Source of the DNA: Deltaproteobacteria bacterium
GTDB lineage: Bacteria > Myxococcota_A > Polyangia > JAAYKL01
DNA: 64,000 bases
Reading direction: 5' to 3'
Assembly: GCA_028713995.1 (NCBI GenBank)
Contig: JAQTNF010000007.1
Coordinates: forward strand, 1,740-65,739
Of the stretch, positions 1 through 10,269 are shown one piece after another (the stretch's first letter is position 1; each line of letters opens with the position of its first letter). The notes beneath the pieces were generated by a model, which was not told the origin of the DNA, searched no databases, and saw only the letters and a list, made by a program, of their open reading frames with translations. Made by a program: the position numbers and the translations under genes.

Positions 1-1
1 G

Positions 2-1033
2 GTGAAGGTGGTCACGTCCATGAGCGACGCGGCCGCGCGGCACTCGGCCGGGCTCGAGCTCGACTACGGGCTTAAGAGCTCCACCTTGTCCACGCGGCTC
101 GGCTACGCATACGGCGGGCTGGGGCCGGGCCTGCACTTCGGCGTATCGCGCTCCGTGGCCCCGCGCGGCACGGGCTACGAGGTGGCCGGGGAGCCGCGCG
201 ACTGGTGGCAGGAGACGGTCAGCGGCCGGGCCAGCCTGTCCGTTCCCATCCTGGGCACGGATCGAAGCCAGTCGTTGTCGATCGGCTACTCGGTCATCCG
301 CGCGCGGCCCTGGGACGAGCCCGAGATCGCGTACGACCCCGAGGGCGATACTCCGGTCGTGCCGCGCGAGTACTTCCGGACCGGGCTCGAGTTCGGCTGG
401 GCCCTCGACACCACCATCTCGTCGCCCTACGGCATCACATCCGAGGAGGGCCGCGAGGTGTCGGCTTCCGTGGATCTCTACCACCCGGCGCTCGGCGGGG
501 ACCAGACCCTCGCCACGTTCCGCTACGCGTGGACCGAGTACCTGCGCACCCCGTGGCTCGACCACCACGTGTTCGTCCTCAAGCTCTCGGGCGGCGTGCA
601 CGTCAGCGATCCGCCGGAGCAGGCCTCGTTCTCCGCCGGCGGCTACGCGCAACAGAACGTGGTCGACGCCATCATGGGCGAGTCCTCGGCCGGGACGGCC
701 AGCCTGCGCGGCTACCCGCCGGGCCGCTTCCAGGGCGACCAGATCCATTCCGCGCGGCTCGAGTACCGCTTCCCCATCTGGTTCCCGGAGGCGGCCTACA
801 ACACGGTCCCGGCCTTCTTCAGCTCCGTGCGCGGCGGCGTGTTCTCCGACAACGTGCTCATCACCTTCGACGGGCTGAACCGGGACGACTGGAAGTCGAG
901 CGTGGGCGCGGAGATCGCGTGCGGCTTCGCCGTGGGCTACTACGTGCCCATGAGCCTGCGCGTGAGCTACGCGCGCGGCCTGATGGACGGCGGCATCCAC
1001 GAGGTCGTGGTGCTCGTCGGCTCCGGGCTGTGA
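2..1033 (+). CDS. Omp85/BamA-family outer-membrane beta-barrel protein, C-terminal part (5' end lies upstream of the window)
   Basis: ORF open from the window edge. Alternating amphipathic beta-strand pattern. Motif LRGYPPGRFQG...ARLEYRFPIW resembles the conserved Omp85 barrel motif. Stop at 1031-1033. Confidence 0.5.
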   Translation: MKVVTSMSDAAARHSAGLELDYGLKSSTLSTRLGYAYGGLGPGLHFGVSRSVAPRGTGYEVAGEPRDWWQETVSGRASLSVPILGTDRSQSLSIGYSVIRARPWDEPEIAYDPEGDTPVVPREYFRTGLEFGWALDTTISSPYGITSEEGREVSASVDLYHPALGGDQTLATFRYAWTEYLRTPWLDHHVFVLKLSGGVHVSDPPEQASFSAGGYAQQNVVDAIMGESSAGTASLRGYPPGRFQGDQIHSARLEYRFPIWFPEAAYNTVPAFFSSVRGGVFSDNVLITFDGLNRDDWKSSVGAEIACGFAVGYYVPMSLRVSYARGLMDGGIHEVVVLVGSGL

Positions 1034-1057
1034 GACAGCTGTTCCGGTCGGTTCTCA

Positions 1058-1822
1058 TCAGATGAGCTCGAACGTGATGTGGACGATCGTGATGATGTCC
1101 TTCTCGAGGGAGGTGGTGTCGTTGTTGCCTTCCCACGACGTCTGCGTGGAGTTCACCGGGTTCACGTTGATGACGCCCATGTCCGCGGCGCGCAGGTCGC
1201 CCAGGCGCGCGTCGCCGCCGGCCTGGCGGACGATGTTCTCGGCCCGGTTGCGCGCATCTCGGGCGGCCTCGGCCAGCATCTCGATCTTGAGCTCGCCGAG
1301 CTTGGTGTAGAAGTAGGCCGGGGCGGACGACGAGATGGGCACCCCGCGCTCGAGAAGCTGCGTGACCTCTCGGGAGATGCGCTCCACGCGCGCAACGTCC
1401 GTCGAGCGCACGCTCACGGTCTCACTCGTGGCGTAACCGCGGAACGCCTGGCGCTCGACGCGCTCCTCTCCGATGCCCACGTACTCGGTCTCGTAGCGCT
1501 CCTCGACGGTGGCGGACGAGGCGCGGATCTCCTGTTCCTTGACGCCCTGCTCCTTCAGGTAGGCGAGCGTGGTCTGCACGTAGCCGTGCAGGTTTCGGTA
1601 GGCCGCGGTGCGGTCCATGTCCTGGGTGGCGATGCTCGCGCTCCACTCGATCTGATCGGACATGATCTGCTTCTTCGCCGAGCCCGTGACCTGGATCGAG
1701 CGATCCGGCGGCTTCATCTTGACGCGCTCCCAGGAGCTTGCGGCGAGATACGTGGAGATCACGATCGCGATGCCGATGGCGATGAAGCTCCACGGCACGC
1801 GGCTCGGGGTGTTGTCGGTCAT
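1058..1822 (-). CDS. SIMPL-domain protein (DUF541, YggE-like periplasmic protein)
   Basis: N-terminal TM/signal segment WSFIAIGIAIVISTYLAA, then the typical SIMPL layout. Start moved to the second ATG (MTDNTP), which has a GGAAAGGGAG RBS; the ORF-track start is 1846. Confidence 0.7.
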   Translation of the reverse strand: MTDNTPSRVPWSFIAIGIAIVISTYLAASSWERVKMKPPDRSIQVTGSAKKQIMSDQIEWSASIATQDMDRTAAYRNLHGYVQTTLAYLKEQGVKEQEIRASSATVEERYETEYVGIGEERVERQAFRGYATSETVSVRSTDVARVERISREVTQLLERGVPISSSAPAYFYTKLGELKIEMLAEAARDARNRAENIVRQAGGDARLGDLRAADMGVINVNPVNSTQTSWEGNNDTTSLEKDIITIVHITFELI

Positions 1823-1970
1823 GCTCGGCTCCCTTTCCTGTCCCAAGGCTCTTGAACGCGGCTCCTACCTTATCACATTTTCCCGAGGCGTCTTTCACGG
1901 CGTTATGCCAAAATGTGCTCGCCCGGACTTCGGGTCGGGTGGAAGCAACGAGAGAGGTTGGTGAAGCCGA

Positions 1971-3512
1971 ATGGAACATGTTGACGCAATCGTACGCGCC
2001 TTCATCCCGACGTGTCTCGCTCTCGGCCTGCTCGCAGGCGGCTGCTCGAAGGAGAGCTCCGGCGGGCCGGCCTCGGACGCGGGCGACACCGCCACCGGAA
2101 CAGGGGAGGACGCCGGGCCGTCCAGCACCGACGAGTCGGCATGCCCGGACGACCAGGTGTGCACGCAGGTCACGGAAGACGGCGGCATGGGCTGTCAGAT
2201 CGACGGCGTGTTCCCGTCCGACGCGATCACCGGGTGCGACAAGGACCCCGCCATCTGCACCGGCAACTCCGCGTGTGTTCCTGCGAACAAGGAACAGACG
2301 GAATACGTATGCAGCACCAATTGCGGCACGTGCCCCGAAAACCAGACCTGTTCGAACGTGACCGGCAAGGGTCACTTCGGGTGCATGATCGGCGAGGTCT
2401 ACATACCCTCCGGCGCGCAGACCGGGTGCCACACGACCGGGTGCAAGGGCAACGCCACCTGCTTCTTCACTGACCAGGCGAAGACCGAATCGGTCTGCAT
2501 AGAGAACTGCTCGCCGTGCTATCCGGGGACCTGTCCGCAAGGCCAGGTGTGCACGTCCGGCATGTGTCTGGACGAGCCATGCACCGAGGGCTCGTGTGCC
2601 GACGGCGAGGTCTGCATCGCCGGATCGTGCATCCCCGACCCGGGCGACGGGCCTGGGCAGAACCCGGGCGTCACCTGCAACCTGCCGCCGCTCGAATGCG
2701 AGGGCGACGAGGCGTACTGCGGCGAGCTGATTGGGTTCGATCCCCCCAACAACCCCGGCGACGCGGGCTACGACCCGCTGCTCGGCTACATCGACTACCC
2801 TGTGAACGGCGAGACCTGGGACAACCAGTACCGCAGCTGGGCGCGGCGGGACGTGGTGATGATGATTGAGTACGCCGCGGCAAAGACGGCGTGCATGGCC
2901 GGGGGCTGGGAATTCGGCAACGGCGGCCCGGTCGGCTTGATCGACATGAGCGAGGAGAACGGCGCGATCCCCGGCACTTCGGACGGCACCCCCCAGCACC
3001 CCGCCGGCACTCACACGAACGGCTTCGACATCGATGTCGCCTATTTCCAGGCGAACACCCCGGACAACGATGTACGGCCGATCTGCAACCACTACCAGGA
3101 CAACGTCGACGTCCAGCATTGCACCGATCCGCCGAACCTGCTCGATCCCTGGCGCCAGGCCATGTTCGTGGGCGCGATCTTCGAGCACCCGAACCTGCGG
3201 GTGATCGGGTGCGACGGCAAGGTCGGCCCGATTCTCATGCACTACATCCAAGCCCTCTGCGCCGGCGGCTGGCTGACCACATACGCGTGCGCCAGCCAGC
3301 TCCTGACCTACGAGGTCACCAACATGGGCTATGGCTGGTACCACTCCCATCATCATCACATCCACGTCAGCTACACACGGCCGAGCAAGCGCGGAGGGCC
3401 CGCGGACGACCCGACATGCCTGGTTCCCGGGTGCGATCCCCCGGCGTTGGAACAGAACGTGGAGAAGACGGACCTCGTCCGGCCGCTCGCTCCGGTGCGC
3501 CGGCTGGAGTGA
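1971..3512 (+). CDS. Cysteine-rich secreted lipoprotein (about 60 Cys; disulfide-rich repeats)
   Basis: Signal peptide ending in the lipobox LLAGGC|S. Many C-x-x-C / GxC spacings. C-terminal segment DNVDVQHCTDPPNLLDPWRQAMFVGA recurs at the start of the 5072..6367 gene. GC-rich codon usage. Confidence 0.65.
   Translation: MEHVDAIVRAFIPTCLALGLLAGGCSKESSGGPASDAGDTATGTGEDAGPSSTDESACPDDQVCTQVTEDGGMGCQIDGVFPSDAITGCDKDPAICTGNSACVPANKEQTEYVCSTNCGTCPENQTCSNVTGKGHFGCMIGEVYIPSGAQTGCHTTGCKGNATCFFTDQAKTESVCIENCSPCYPGTCPQGQVCTSGMCLDEPCTEGSCADGEVCIAGSCIPDPGDGPGQNPGVTCNLPPLECEGDEAYCGELIGFDPPNNPGDAGYDPLLGYIDYPVNGETWDNQYRSWARRDVVMMIEYAAAKTACMAGGWEFGNGGPVGLIDMSEENGAIPGTSDGTPQHPAGTHTNGFDIDVAYFQANTPDNDVRPICNHYQDNVDVQHCTDPPNLLDPWRQAMFVGAIFEHPNLRVIGCDGKVGPILMHYIQALCAGGWLTTYACASQLLTYEVTNMGYGWYHSHHHHIHVSYTRPSKRGGPADDPTCLVPGCDPPALEQNVEKTDLVRPLAPVRRLE
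3101..3175. repeat. Imperfect direct repeat, copy 1 (~85% identity to 5069..5146)
   Basis: caacgtcgacgtccagcattgcaccgatccgccgaacctgctcgatccctggcgccaggccatgttcgtgggcgc. Confidence 0.7.
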
Positions 3513-3544
3513 CAGCCCGGGAGCGAATGGGTAGCGAAGTGCCC

Positions 3545-5030
3545 ATATGATCTCATCAAACCCCAACAAATCAAAGTTATGCAATTGGAGCACCTTTCTT
3601 ATTGCGCTTATTGCAATATGGGTTGTGATAACATTAATACAGATATCTAAAATCCATGCTGGATACTCGCCCGTGCTGTCCGATGAATTTGGATATTACC
3701 TGAATTCACTCGGTTTTGTAGAAACAAACAGCATTTCAGCGGCATTTACCCTTGGCCCGGCGGGCTCGCCCCTTCTTGGATGCGATGCACATGGATGCAT
3801 GTATCCTCTGTTGCATTACGGCATTGCAAAGATTTTCGGATGGCATAGTCGGTCGTTCATATATTTGAATATGGCATATATTATCGCAATGGCATTTATG
3901 ATATGGAGAATCAGGTTTTTAGATACAACGAAGAAGCTTTTGCTCGCGGTCGGCATTCTCTATTTCCCATTCTACTATCTATATTCATTTTCATACATGC
4001 AGGAATGCATGCACGCATTTATTGCCTTCACGTTGGGCTACCTCTTGATTCTGTTTTCGAGAAACACCATCAATTTATCACCATTTTATGCCTACACCAT
4101 TATCCTGTTCTTTGTCGGCTTATTCCGTCCACTGTGGTACTTCTGGATATGTGGGTTTGTCCCGTTTGTGTCAATCGCCAAGGTGCGACATACCTTGTTT
4201 TACGTAGTACCGGCGTACATGGCTTTCATGTTGTTCGTGACCACCTCGTTCTTCGAGCCCATTCCCAATTTTTTTTCCACAGTTACTAACGCATTATGCG
4301 CAGGACATGTGCTCGAGGCCATGCGGCTGTTATCTCTACACACGATGTCCAACGTTGTTAGTTATTTCTCATTCGGATTCAGTCTTATTGTATCGTGGTC
4401 GATCATCTATCTGTTTATCAACTTCAGTATTGTATTTTTTCTTATCGTCTGGATATGGCAAGCGGCAAGGACGAGGCAAAGCATATACATATCTCTGGCG
4501 ATAATTAATTTCATAAATTTGGCGCTACTGTTCGTCATGTACGATGCATTCGACTGGAGAGACATAAGAACAATGTCGCCGCTCATGTATTTCAATATTG
4601 TATTCATAGTGACATCGTTGCCTCGTATAAGATATGCGTATGTCATGCTCCTGATACCCACATTCATCATTAGCTACGCAATGTCGAACGACAGGATAGC
4701 GGAGAGGGACAAACCGGAGGGAACGGTTCTGGAAATGGATGGTATCAAGAAGGAGCTTTCGGGAATACTCGAAAAACCGGTCGTCTACCTTGAATCTATT
4801 CCGCCCGATTTTACGCCATGGTTTCTCGCATTTCCTCTGAAGAACGACAGTGGAATGAAAATGCACTATATTGCTCCATACTATAAGGGCATTCCGATGG
4901 CCGGCGATATTCACTATATATTTACAACGAACAAGCACCCGCGAAAGAGATTGATATGGCAACGTGATAAATACAAACTGTACGAGAACCCAATTGGGAT
5001 TGGGAATCGAATGCTCCTTCAACCCTGAAG
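3545..5030. other. Low-GC (~40%) cassette in a ~70% GC context (putative horizontally acquired DNA)
   Basis: Abrupt composition switch at both ends. The segment equals one ORF (3547..5028). No integrase or transposase is visible. Confidence 0.7.
3547..5028 (+). CDS. Polytopic membrane GT-C-fold glycosyltransferase (PMT/ArnT-like), encoded in low-GC DNA
   Basis: About 40% GC against ~70% flanks. 10-12 predicted TM helices. First extracytoplasmic loop carries a DE motif (LSDEFGYY) right after TM1, as in GT39/GT83 enzymes. Soluble C-terminal ~110 aa. The ORF fills the AT-rich segment exactly. Confidence 0.6.
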   Translation: MISSNPNKSKLCNWSTFLIALIAIWVVITLIQISKIHAGYSPVLSDEFGYYLNSLGFVETNSISAAFTLGPAGSPLLGCDAHGCMYPLLHYGIAKIFGWHSRSFIYLNMAYIIAMAFMIWRIRFLDTTKKLLLAVGILYFPFYYLYSFSYMQECMHAFIAFTLGYLLILFSRNTINLSPFYAYTIILFFVGLFRPLWYFWICGFVPFVSIAKVRHTLFYVVPAYMAFMLFVTTSFFEPIPNFFSTVTNALCAGHVLEAMRLLSLHTMSNVVSYFSFGFSLIVSWSIIYLFINFSIVFFLIVWIWQAARTRQSIYISLAIINFINLALLFVMYDAFDWRDIRTMSPLMYFNIVFIVTSLPRIRYAYVMLLIPTFIISYAMSNDRIAERDKPEGTVLEMDGIKKELSGILEKPVVYLESIPPDFTPWFLAFPLKNDSGMKMHYIAPYYKGIPMAGDIHYIFTTNKHPRKRLIWQRDKYKLYENPIGIGNRMLLQP

Positions 5031-5068
5031 AGGAGCTGCGGCCGCTCCGCAGCCGCTACCAGGAGGGC

Positions 5069-5146
5069 AACGTGGACGTCCACCGGTATTGCACCAATCC
5101 GCCGAACCTGCCCGATCCCCGGCACCAGGCCGTTTTCGTGGGCGCC
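5069..5146. repeat. Imperfect direct repeat, copy 2, just downstream of the low-GC cassette
   Basis: caacgtggacgtccaccggtattgcaccaatccgccgaacctgcccgatccccggcaccaggccgttttcgtgggcgc. Confidence 0.7.
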
Positions 5147-6367
5147 GCATGCTGCGCGCTGGTCCTTTTTTCGTGCGAAAAGGATCCGGATGCGCCGATC
5201 CCCACGACGGCCCAGTACACCATCCCGTCCGGGACAACCGCGCTCTCGTCCGCCTCTGAAGAGGTGCTCGAAGGAATCTACACGGTGACGGACGGGAGCT
5301 TGGACCTCGGGGACCAGGTCGTCCTGAAGTTCAACAAGGAGGGACTCACCATCGATTCCGGCAACGGGAACTACTTCTGCCTCAAGGCCGGTGAGCGTGA
5401 TTCCGAGATCTTCTTCCAGGGCTACTGGCGGTATGCGTTCGCCTACGAGGGCGGTCTCGCCTCAGCTCGTATCAAGAAGGAGGAGGGCGGAAGCGACATC
5501 CTGGCGGGAAAGGCGCCCGGCAGGATCATCATCCGCGGCGCCTATGGCCAAGAGGCGGGCACCCAGGACCAGCTGATGACCCTGTCATTCTCGCGACGTT
5601 TCTCGGATGCCGTGAAGAACAGCAGGTTCATGATCCTGGCCAACTTCGGAGGCGGGCGAAACTCCGACGGTTTTCCCGTCTCGCAGAACAGCATCGAGAT
5701 GCTTCAGTTCGCTCAACGGTTCGGCCACATGGGGGTCGAGGTCGATATCCGCGTCAGCAAGGATGGCGTGCCTTTCCTTTATCATGACGCGACCATCGAC
5801 GACAAAGCGTGCCGGGACGGACCGTTGGACGGACCCATCGACGACTATACATGGGAAGAGATTTCCAGCTCCGTCAGGCTGATTCGCGGCGAGAAGATCC
5901 CAAGCCTCGAAGACGCGCTGAGCTTCATTGTCGACAGTACCGACATGGAGTTCGTCTGGCTGGACATGAAAGTCGGCGACAACGCCGCCGCCAGGGTCAT
6001 CCCCATCCAAATGAAAACGCTCGCCAGGGCAAAGGAGCTGGGCAGGAACCTGCGGATCGTCTTCGGCGTTCCTACGCAACAAGTCATGGATGACTTCACG
6101 TCGTATCCCGGGTATGCGGACATCCCCTCCTTGTGCGAAATGACCGTCGACGACGTGCTGGAGCTCAATGCGGCGGCGTGGGGACCGCAATCGACCAGGG
6201 GACTGCAGGTCGATGGCCTCAAGAAGATCCATGACAAGGGAAAGATCGGGATAACCTGGTCGCTCGACGACAGCCGCACGATCGAGAAATTCCTCAACGA
6301 GACGAACTTCGACGGATTCCTGACCGATTACCCGTGCCTCGTGGCTTACCATCATTACATAAGATAG
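5072..6367 (+). CDS. Lipoprotein with a glycerophosphodiester phosphodiesterase (GDPD) domain
   Basis: GDPD core QNSIEMLQFAQRFGHMGVEVDIRVSKDGVPFLYHDATID. Putative lipobox LVLFSC|EKD. Proposed start is an in-frame GTG preceded by AGGAGGG. The ORF-track start (4964) lies in the AT-rich cassette, in a different frame from the cassette gene, and is probably spurious. Confidence 0.55.
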   Translation: MDVHRYCTNPPNLPDPRHQAVFVGAACCALVLFSCEKDPDAPIPTTAQYTIPSGTTALSSASEEVLEGIYTVTDGSLDLGDQVVLKFNKEGLTIDSGNGNYFCLKAGERDSEIFFQGYWRYAFAYEGGLASARIKKEEGGSDILAGKAPGRIIIRGAYGQEAGTQDQLMTLSFSRRFSDAVKNSRFMILANFGGGRNSDGFPVSQNSIEMLQFAQRFGHMGVEVDIRVSKDGVPFLYHDATIDDKACRDGPLDGPIDDYTWEEISSSVRLIRGEKIPSLEDALSFIVDSTDMEFVWLDMKVGDNAAARVIPIQMKTLARAKELGRNLRIVFGVPTQQVMDDFTSYPGYADIPSLCEMTVDDVLELNAAAWGPQSTRGLQVDGLKKIHDKGKIGITWSLDDSRTIEKFLNETNFDGFLTDYPCLVAYHHYIR

Positions 6368-6382
6368 CCGCCTTCCGCGCGC

Positions 6383-6616
6383 TCACGGGCCGGCATCCCT
6401 TTGGGCGCACACGTGGGCGGTGTTCTCGCAATTGTCTACGACCACCTCGTGCCCGGTGTCGCAGTACCGGGTCTCGTCCCCTGCGTCGGCGCAGTCCGTG
6501 TCCCCGACGCAGATGAGCGGCCCGTCGAGAGAATTCGGCATGCACGCGTCGTTCTTCCCGCAGCCCATGACGGCCGCGGCGGCCACGATCCCCGCCGTCC
6601 ATGCGATCATGCCCAT
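6383..6616 (-). CDS. Small cysteine-rich lipoprotein (77 aa)
   Basis: Strong RBS GAAGGAGGG 4 nt before the ATG. Signal peptide with lipobox AVMGC|GKND. 8 Cys in the mature part. Confidence 0.5.
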   Translation of the reverse strand: MGMIAWTAGIVAAAAVMGCGKNDACMPNSLDGPLICVGDTDCADAGDETRYCDTGHEVVVDNCENTAHVCAQRDAGP

Positions 6617-6632
6617 CGCGCCCTCCTTCGGC

Positions 6633-7739
6633 CTATTCGAGCAGGTCCTTCAGCTTCTCGATGAACGTGCGCGGCCGCGTCTCGATCTCGGTGCCGAGCT
6701 CCTTGCCCAGCTCGGCCACGAGCTCCTTCTGGCGCGCCGTGAGCTTGCGCGGGATGTCCACCTCCACGCGCACGAGCTCGTCGCCACGTCCGCTCCCGCG
6801 GAGCATCGGAACGCCCTTGCCCTTCAAGCGGTAGGTCTGGCCGCTCTCGGTGCCCGGCTTGATCCGCATCTTGACCGGCCCGTCCACGGTCGGCACATCC
6901 ACCTCGGCGCCGAGGACCGCCTGCGGGAAGCCGACCTTGATGGCGCACAGGAGGTTCATGCCGCGTCGCATGAAGATGGGGTGATCCTGCACGTGGATGA
7001 CGATGTGCAGGTCCCCGTCCGGCGCGCCGCCCCGGCCCTGCTCGCCCGCGCCCGGAATGATCTTGACCGCGCCGTCGTCCGCACCCGCCGGGATGCCCAC
7101 CTCGAACTGCTGGTCCTTGACCGAAAGCCCGCGGCCGTCGCACCCCGGGCAGCGGTTGCGCACCACCTCGCCCGCGCCGCCGCACGACGGGCACGTGGCG
7201 CTCATGGCGAAGATCCCGCTTTCCAGCCTCACGGTCCCCGTCCCTGAGCAGCGGCCGCACTTGTCCGGCGCGGTGCCCGGCGCGGTGCCCGAGCCCTGGC
7301 ACGTGTCGCAGCGCACCGGGCGTGGGATGGTCACGCGTACGTCCGTGCCGGAAACGGCCTGCTCGAGCGTGATCGTAAGATCGTATTGGAGATCGCGGCC
7401 CGGGTGTCCTCCCCTTCGTCGCGCGCGCGGCGCGCCGCCGAAGACCGAGCCGAAGATGGAGTCGAAGAAGTCGGCCATGGAGCCGATGTCCACCGCCCCG
7501 GGGCCGCCGTGGATGCCCGGCGCGTCGTGGCCGAACCGGTCGTAGCGCATGCGCTTGTCCGGATCCGAGAGCACCTGGAAGGCTTCGGTCAGCTCCTTGA
7601 ACTTCTCGGCCGCGCTCACGTCGTCCGGGTTCTGGTCCGGGTGAAACTTCATGGCGAGCTTGCGGTAGGCCTTCTTGAGCGCGTCCGGCGCCGCGTCGCG
7701 GCCCACCCCCAGGACCTCGTAGTAGTCGCGCTTGGGCAT
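6633..7739 (-). CDS. dnaJ: Chaperone DnaJ (Hsp40)
   Basis: J-domain with HPD motif (KFHPDQNPDD). G/F-rich linker. Four CxxCxGxG zinc-finger repeats. C-terminal substrate-binding domain. Confidence 0.9.
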   Translation of the reverse strand: MPKRDYYEVLGVGRDAAPDALKKAYRKLAMKFHPDQNPDDVSAAEKFKELTEAFQVLSDPDKRMRYDRFGHDAPGIHGGPGAVDIGSMADFFDSIFGSVFGGAPRARRRGGHPGRDLQYDLTITLEQAVSGTDVRVTIPRPVRCDTCQGSGTAPGTAPDKCGRCSGTGTVRLESGIFAMSATCPSCGGAGEVVRNRCPGCDGRGLSVKDQQFEVGIPAGADDGAVKIIPGAGEQGRGGAPDGDLHIVIHVQDHPIFMRRGMNLLCAIKVGFPQAVLGAEVDVPTVDGPVKMRIKPGTESGQTYRLKGKGVPMLRGSGRGDELVRVEVDIPRKLTARQKELVAELGKELGTEIETRPRTFIEKLKDLLE

Positions 7740-7748
7740 CGGCTCGGC

Positions 7749-9593
7749 CTAGGCGGACTCGCCCTCGTCGGCGTCCTTGCCTACGCCCGCGTACATGATC
7801 TCGGCGATTCGGAAGGCCGACTGCTCGAGCTGGGCGCGGATGCGCTTGATGTGCTCGACGTCCTCGCTCAGCATGGCCTGCTTCAAGGCCACGATGTCCG
7901 CACGGATCACCTCGCGATCTCCGGGACCGAGCACGTCGCCGTACTCCTCGAGGGCGTGCTCCGATGTGTAAAGCAAGGAGTCGCCCGCCACGCGCGCTTC
8001 GGCCAGGAGCCTGCGGTGCTCGTCGTCCACCTTGAGCGCGTCCGCCTCGGCGATGATGCGGTCGATGTCGATCTTGGTGAGGCCCGACCCGGCCGTGACC
8101 CGGATGCTGTGCTCCTTGCCCGTGCCGAGGTCCCGCGCCGAGACCGACACGATTCCGTTGGCGTCGATGTCGAACTGCACCTGGATCTGCGGCACGCCGC
8201 GCGGCGCGGGTGGGATGCCCGCGAGCTCGAACTTTGCGAGCGTGATGTTGTCCTTGGCCATGGGGCGCTCGCCCTGCATCACGTGGACGGGCACGAAGTT
8301 CTGGTTGTCGAGGCTCGTGGTGAAGATCTGGCGCTTGCGGGTGGGGATGGTCGTGTTGCGCTCGATGAGCTTCGTGAACACGCCGCCGCCGGTCTCCACG
8401 CCCAGGCTGAGAGGCGTCACGTCGAGCAGCAGCACCTCGGCCATCTCGCCGGCCAGCACCGCGCCCTGGATGGCGGCGCCCACGGCCACCACCTCGTCCG
8501 GGTTCACGCCGCGCACCGGCTTCTTGCCGAAGAACTCGGCCACCGACTCCTGCACCAGGGGCATGCGCGTCATGCCGCCCACCAGGATGACCGTGTCGAT
8601 CTGGGAGACGCCCACCCCGGAGTCGGCGAGCGCCTGCTTGCACGGGCCGAAGGTCTTCTTCACCAGGTCCTCCACGATCCCCTCGAGCTCCTGGCGCGTG
8701 ATGGTCGTGATGAGGTGCTTGGGGCCGAGCGCGTCGGCCGCGATGAAGGGCAGGTTGATCTCGGTTTCGAGGGACGACGACAGCTCGTGCTTGGCCTTCT
8801 CGGCCGCCTCCTTGAGCCGCTGCAGCGCCATCTTGTCGCGCCGCAGGTCGATCTTGTGCTCCTCGTTGAACCGGTCGGCCAGGAAGTCGACGATGCGTTG
8901 GTCGAAGTCCTCGCCGCCGAGAAACGTGTCGCCGTTGGTCGACTTGACCGCGAAGACGTCGTTCTCCATCTCCAGGATCGAGATATCGAACGTCCCGCCT
9001 CCGAGATCGTAGACGGCCACCTTTTCCACGCCCCCGCCCTTCTTGTCGATGCCGTAGGCGAGCGCCGCGGCGGTCGGCTCGTTGATGATGCGCTCCACGG
9101 TCAACCCGGCGATGAGGCCCGCGTCCTTGGTGGCCTGCCGCTGGGCGTCGTTGAAGTACGCCGGGACCGTGATGACCGCCCGGTTCACCTTCTCGCCCAG
9201 GTAGTCCTCGGCCACGGAACGCATCTCGGAAAGGACGATGGCCGAGATCTCCGGAGGGCTCATGAGCTTGCCGCGGCACGTGACCCACGCGTCGCCGTTC
9301 TGCGACTTGGTGATCTCGTACGGGCACATCTTGCGCTGGCGCTCCACCTCGAGCGACTCGAACGGGCGGCCCATGAGCCTCTTCACCGCGTAGATCGTAT
9401 TCGTCGGGTTGGTGATGGCCTGGCGCTTGGATGACTGACCCACGAGGCGCTGGCCGCTCTCGGCGACGGCGACCATGGACGGCGTGGTGCGGCTGCCCTC
9501 CGAGTTGGGGATGACGATGACCTCCTTGCCCTCCATCACGGCCACGCACGAGTTCGTGGTTCCGAGGTCGATACCGATGATCCGATCAGGCAT
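7749..9593 (-). CDS. dnaK: Chaperone DnaK (Hsp70)
   Basis: [22 protein letters not shown] and [11 protein letters not shown] Hsp70 signatures. 614 aa. Confidence 0.95.
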   Translation of the reverse strand: MPDRIIGIDLGTTNSCVAVMEGKEVIVIPNSEGSRTTPSMVAVAESGQRLVGQSSKRQAITNPTNTIYAVKRLMGRPFESLEVERQRKMCPYEITKSQNGDAWVTCRGKLMSPPEISAIVLSEMRSVAEDYLGEKVNRAVITVPAYFNDAQRQATKDAGLIAGLTVERIINEPTAAALAYGIDKKGGGVEKVAVYDLGGGTFDISILEMENDVFAVKSTNGDTFLGGEDFDQRIVDFLADRFNEEHKIDLRRDKMALQRLKEAAEKAKHELSSSLETEINLPFIAADALGPKHLITTITRQELEGIVEDLVKKTFGPCKQALADSGVGVSQIDTVILVGGMTRMPLVQESVAEFFGKKPVRGVNPDEVVAVGAAIQGAVLAGEMAEVLLLDVTPLSLGVETGGGVFTKLIERNTTIPTRKRQIFTTSLDNQNFVPVHVMQGERPMAKDNITLAKFELAGIPPAPRGVPQIQVQFDIDANGIVSVSARDLGTGKEHSIRVTAGSGLTKIDIDRIIAEADALKVDDEHRRLLAEARVAGDSLLYTSEHALEEYGDVLGPGDREVIRADIVALKQAMLSEDVEHIKRIRAQLEQSAFRIAEIMYAGVGKDADEGESA

Positions 9594-10269
9594 GGGGTTC
9601 CTCGCCGTCCGCCGCGTCGCCTTCCTGCGGGGCCGGGATCTCTTCCTGCGGCGCCGGCGCGGCTTCGGGGGTCGCGGCCTTGGGCTTCGCCACGATGACC
9701 ATGGCCGCCCGCAGCAGCCGGTCGCCGAGCATGTATCCCTTGCGCAGGTCCTGCACCACGTGGCCCGGCGGCACCGTGTCGTGCTCGACCTGGGTGAGCG
9801 CCTCGTGCAGGTTGGGGTCGAAGGCCGCGCCCACGCTTTCGATGGGCTTCACGCCGAATTTCTCCATGGCTCCGAGGAACTGGCGTCTTACAATCTCCAC
9901 TCCGCGCAGGATGGACTCCGCCTGTCCGTCGGGCTTGGTTGCGGACAAGGCGAGATCGAGGCTGTCGATCGCGGGCAGGAGCTCGTGCAGCACCTCGACC
10001 CGGCCGCGCGCGCGGTGGTCCTCCAGGTCGCGGCGCATGCGCTTGCGCAGGTTGTCGAGATCCGCCGCGGTGCGCAGCAGGCGGTCGTGCTCGGTCGCGA
10101 GCCTGGCCTCAAGCTCGGTGACTTTGGCGGCCGGATCCTCCACGACCTCGTCGGCGGCTTCGGCTCCGTCTTCTGCGAGCACGATCTCGTCATCGGCGGG
10201 CAGAGGCTCCCCAGCTTCCTTTGTCTCGTCGGCCACCTTTCCCAAATCCTTTTCTTTCGCCTCGGTCAA
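9586..10269 (-). CDS. grpE: Nucleotide exchange factor GrpE
   Basis: Acidic N-terminus. Long coiled-coil ([26 protein letters not shown]). C-terminal GrpE beta-domain. 8-nt overlap with dnaK. The exact start is uncertain; the ORF track uses a TTG. Confidence 0.8.
   Translation of the reverse strand: MTEAKEKDLGKVADETKEAGEPLPADDEIVLAEDGAEAADEVVEDPAAKVTELEARLATEHDRLLRTAADLDNLRKRMRRDLEDHRARGRVEVLHELLPAIDSLDLALSATKPDGQAESILRGVEIVRRQFLGAMEKFGVKPIESVGAAFDPNLHEALTQVEHDTVPPGHVVQDLRKGYMLGDRLLRAAMVIVAKPKAATPEAAPAPQEEIPAPQEGDAADGEEPHA

Noticed and set aside
1422-3593. 723-aa minus-strand ORF, very Arg/Ala/Gly-rich
   Set aside because: Antisense to the well-supported 1971..3512 lipoprotein gene. Its composition is typical of GC-rich antisense frames. 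No domain signature.
4964-5071. ATG start of the GDPD lipoprotein gene inside the AT-rich cassette
   Set aside because: It sits in foreign low-GC DNA in a different frame from the cassette gene and would add an implausible N-terminal leader. An in-frame GTG with an AGGAGGG RBS at 5072 is preferred. The true start remains uncertain.
6607-9549. 980-aa minus-strand ORF rich in Arg/Gly/His
   Set aside because: Lies in an alternative frame of the dnaJ/dnaK genes, which have unmistakable signatures; high-GC artefact.
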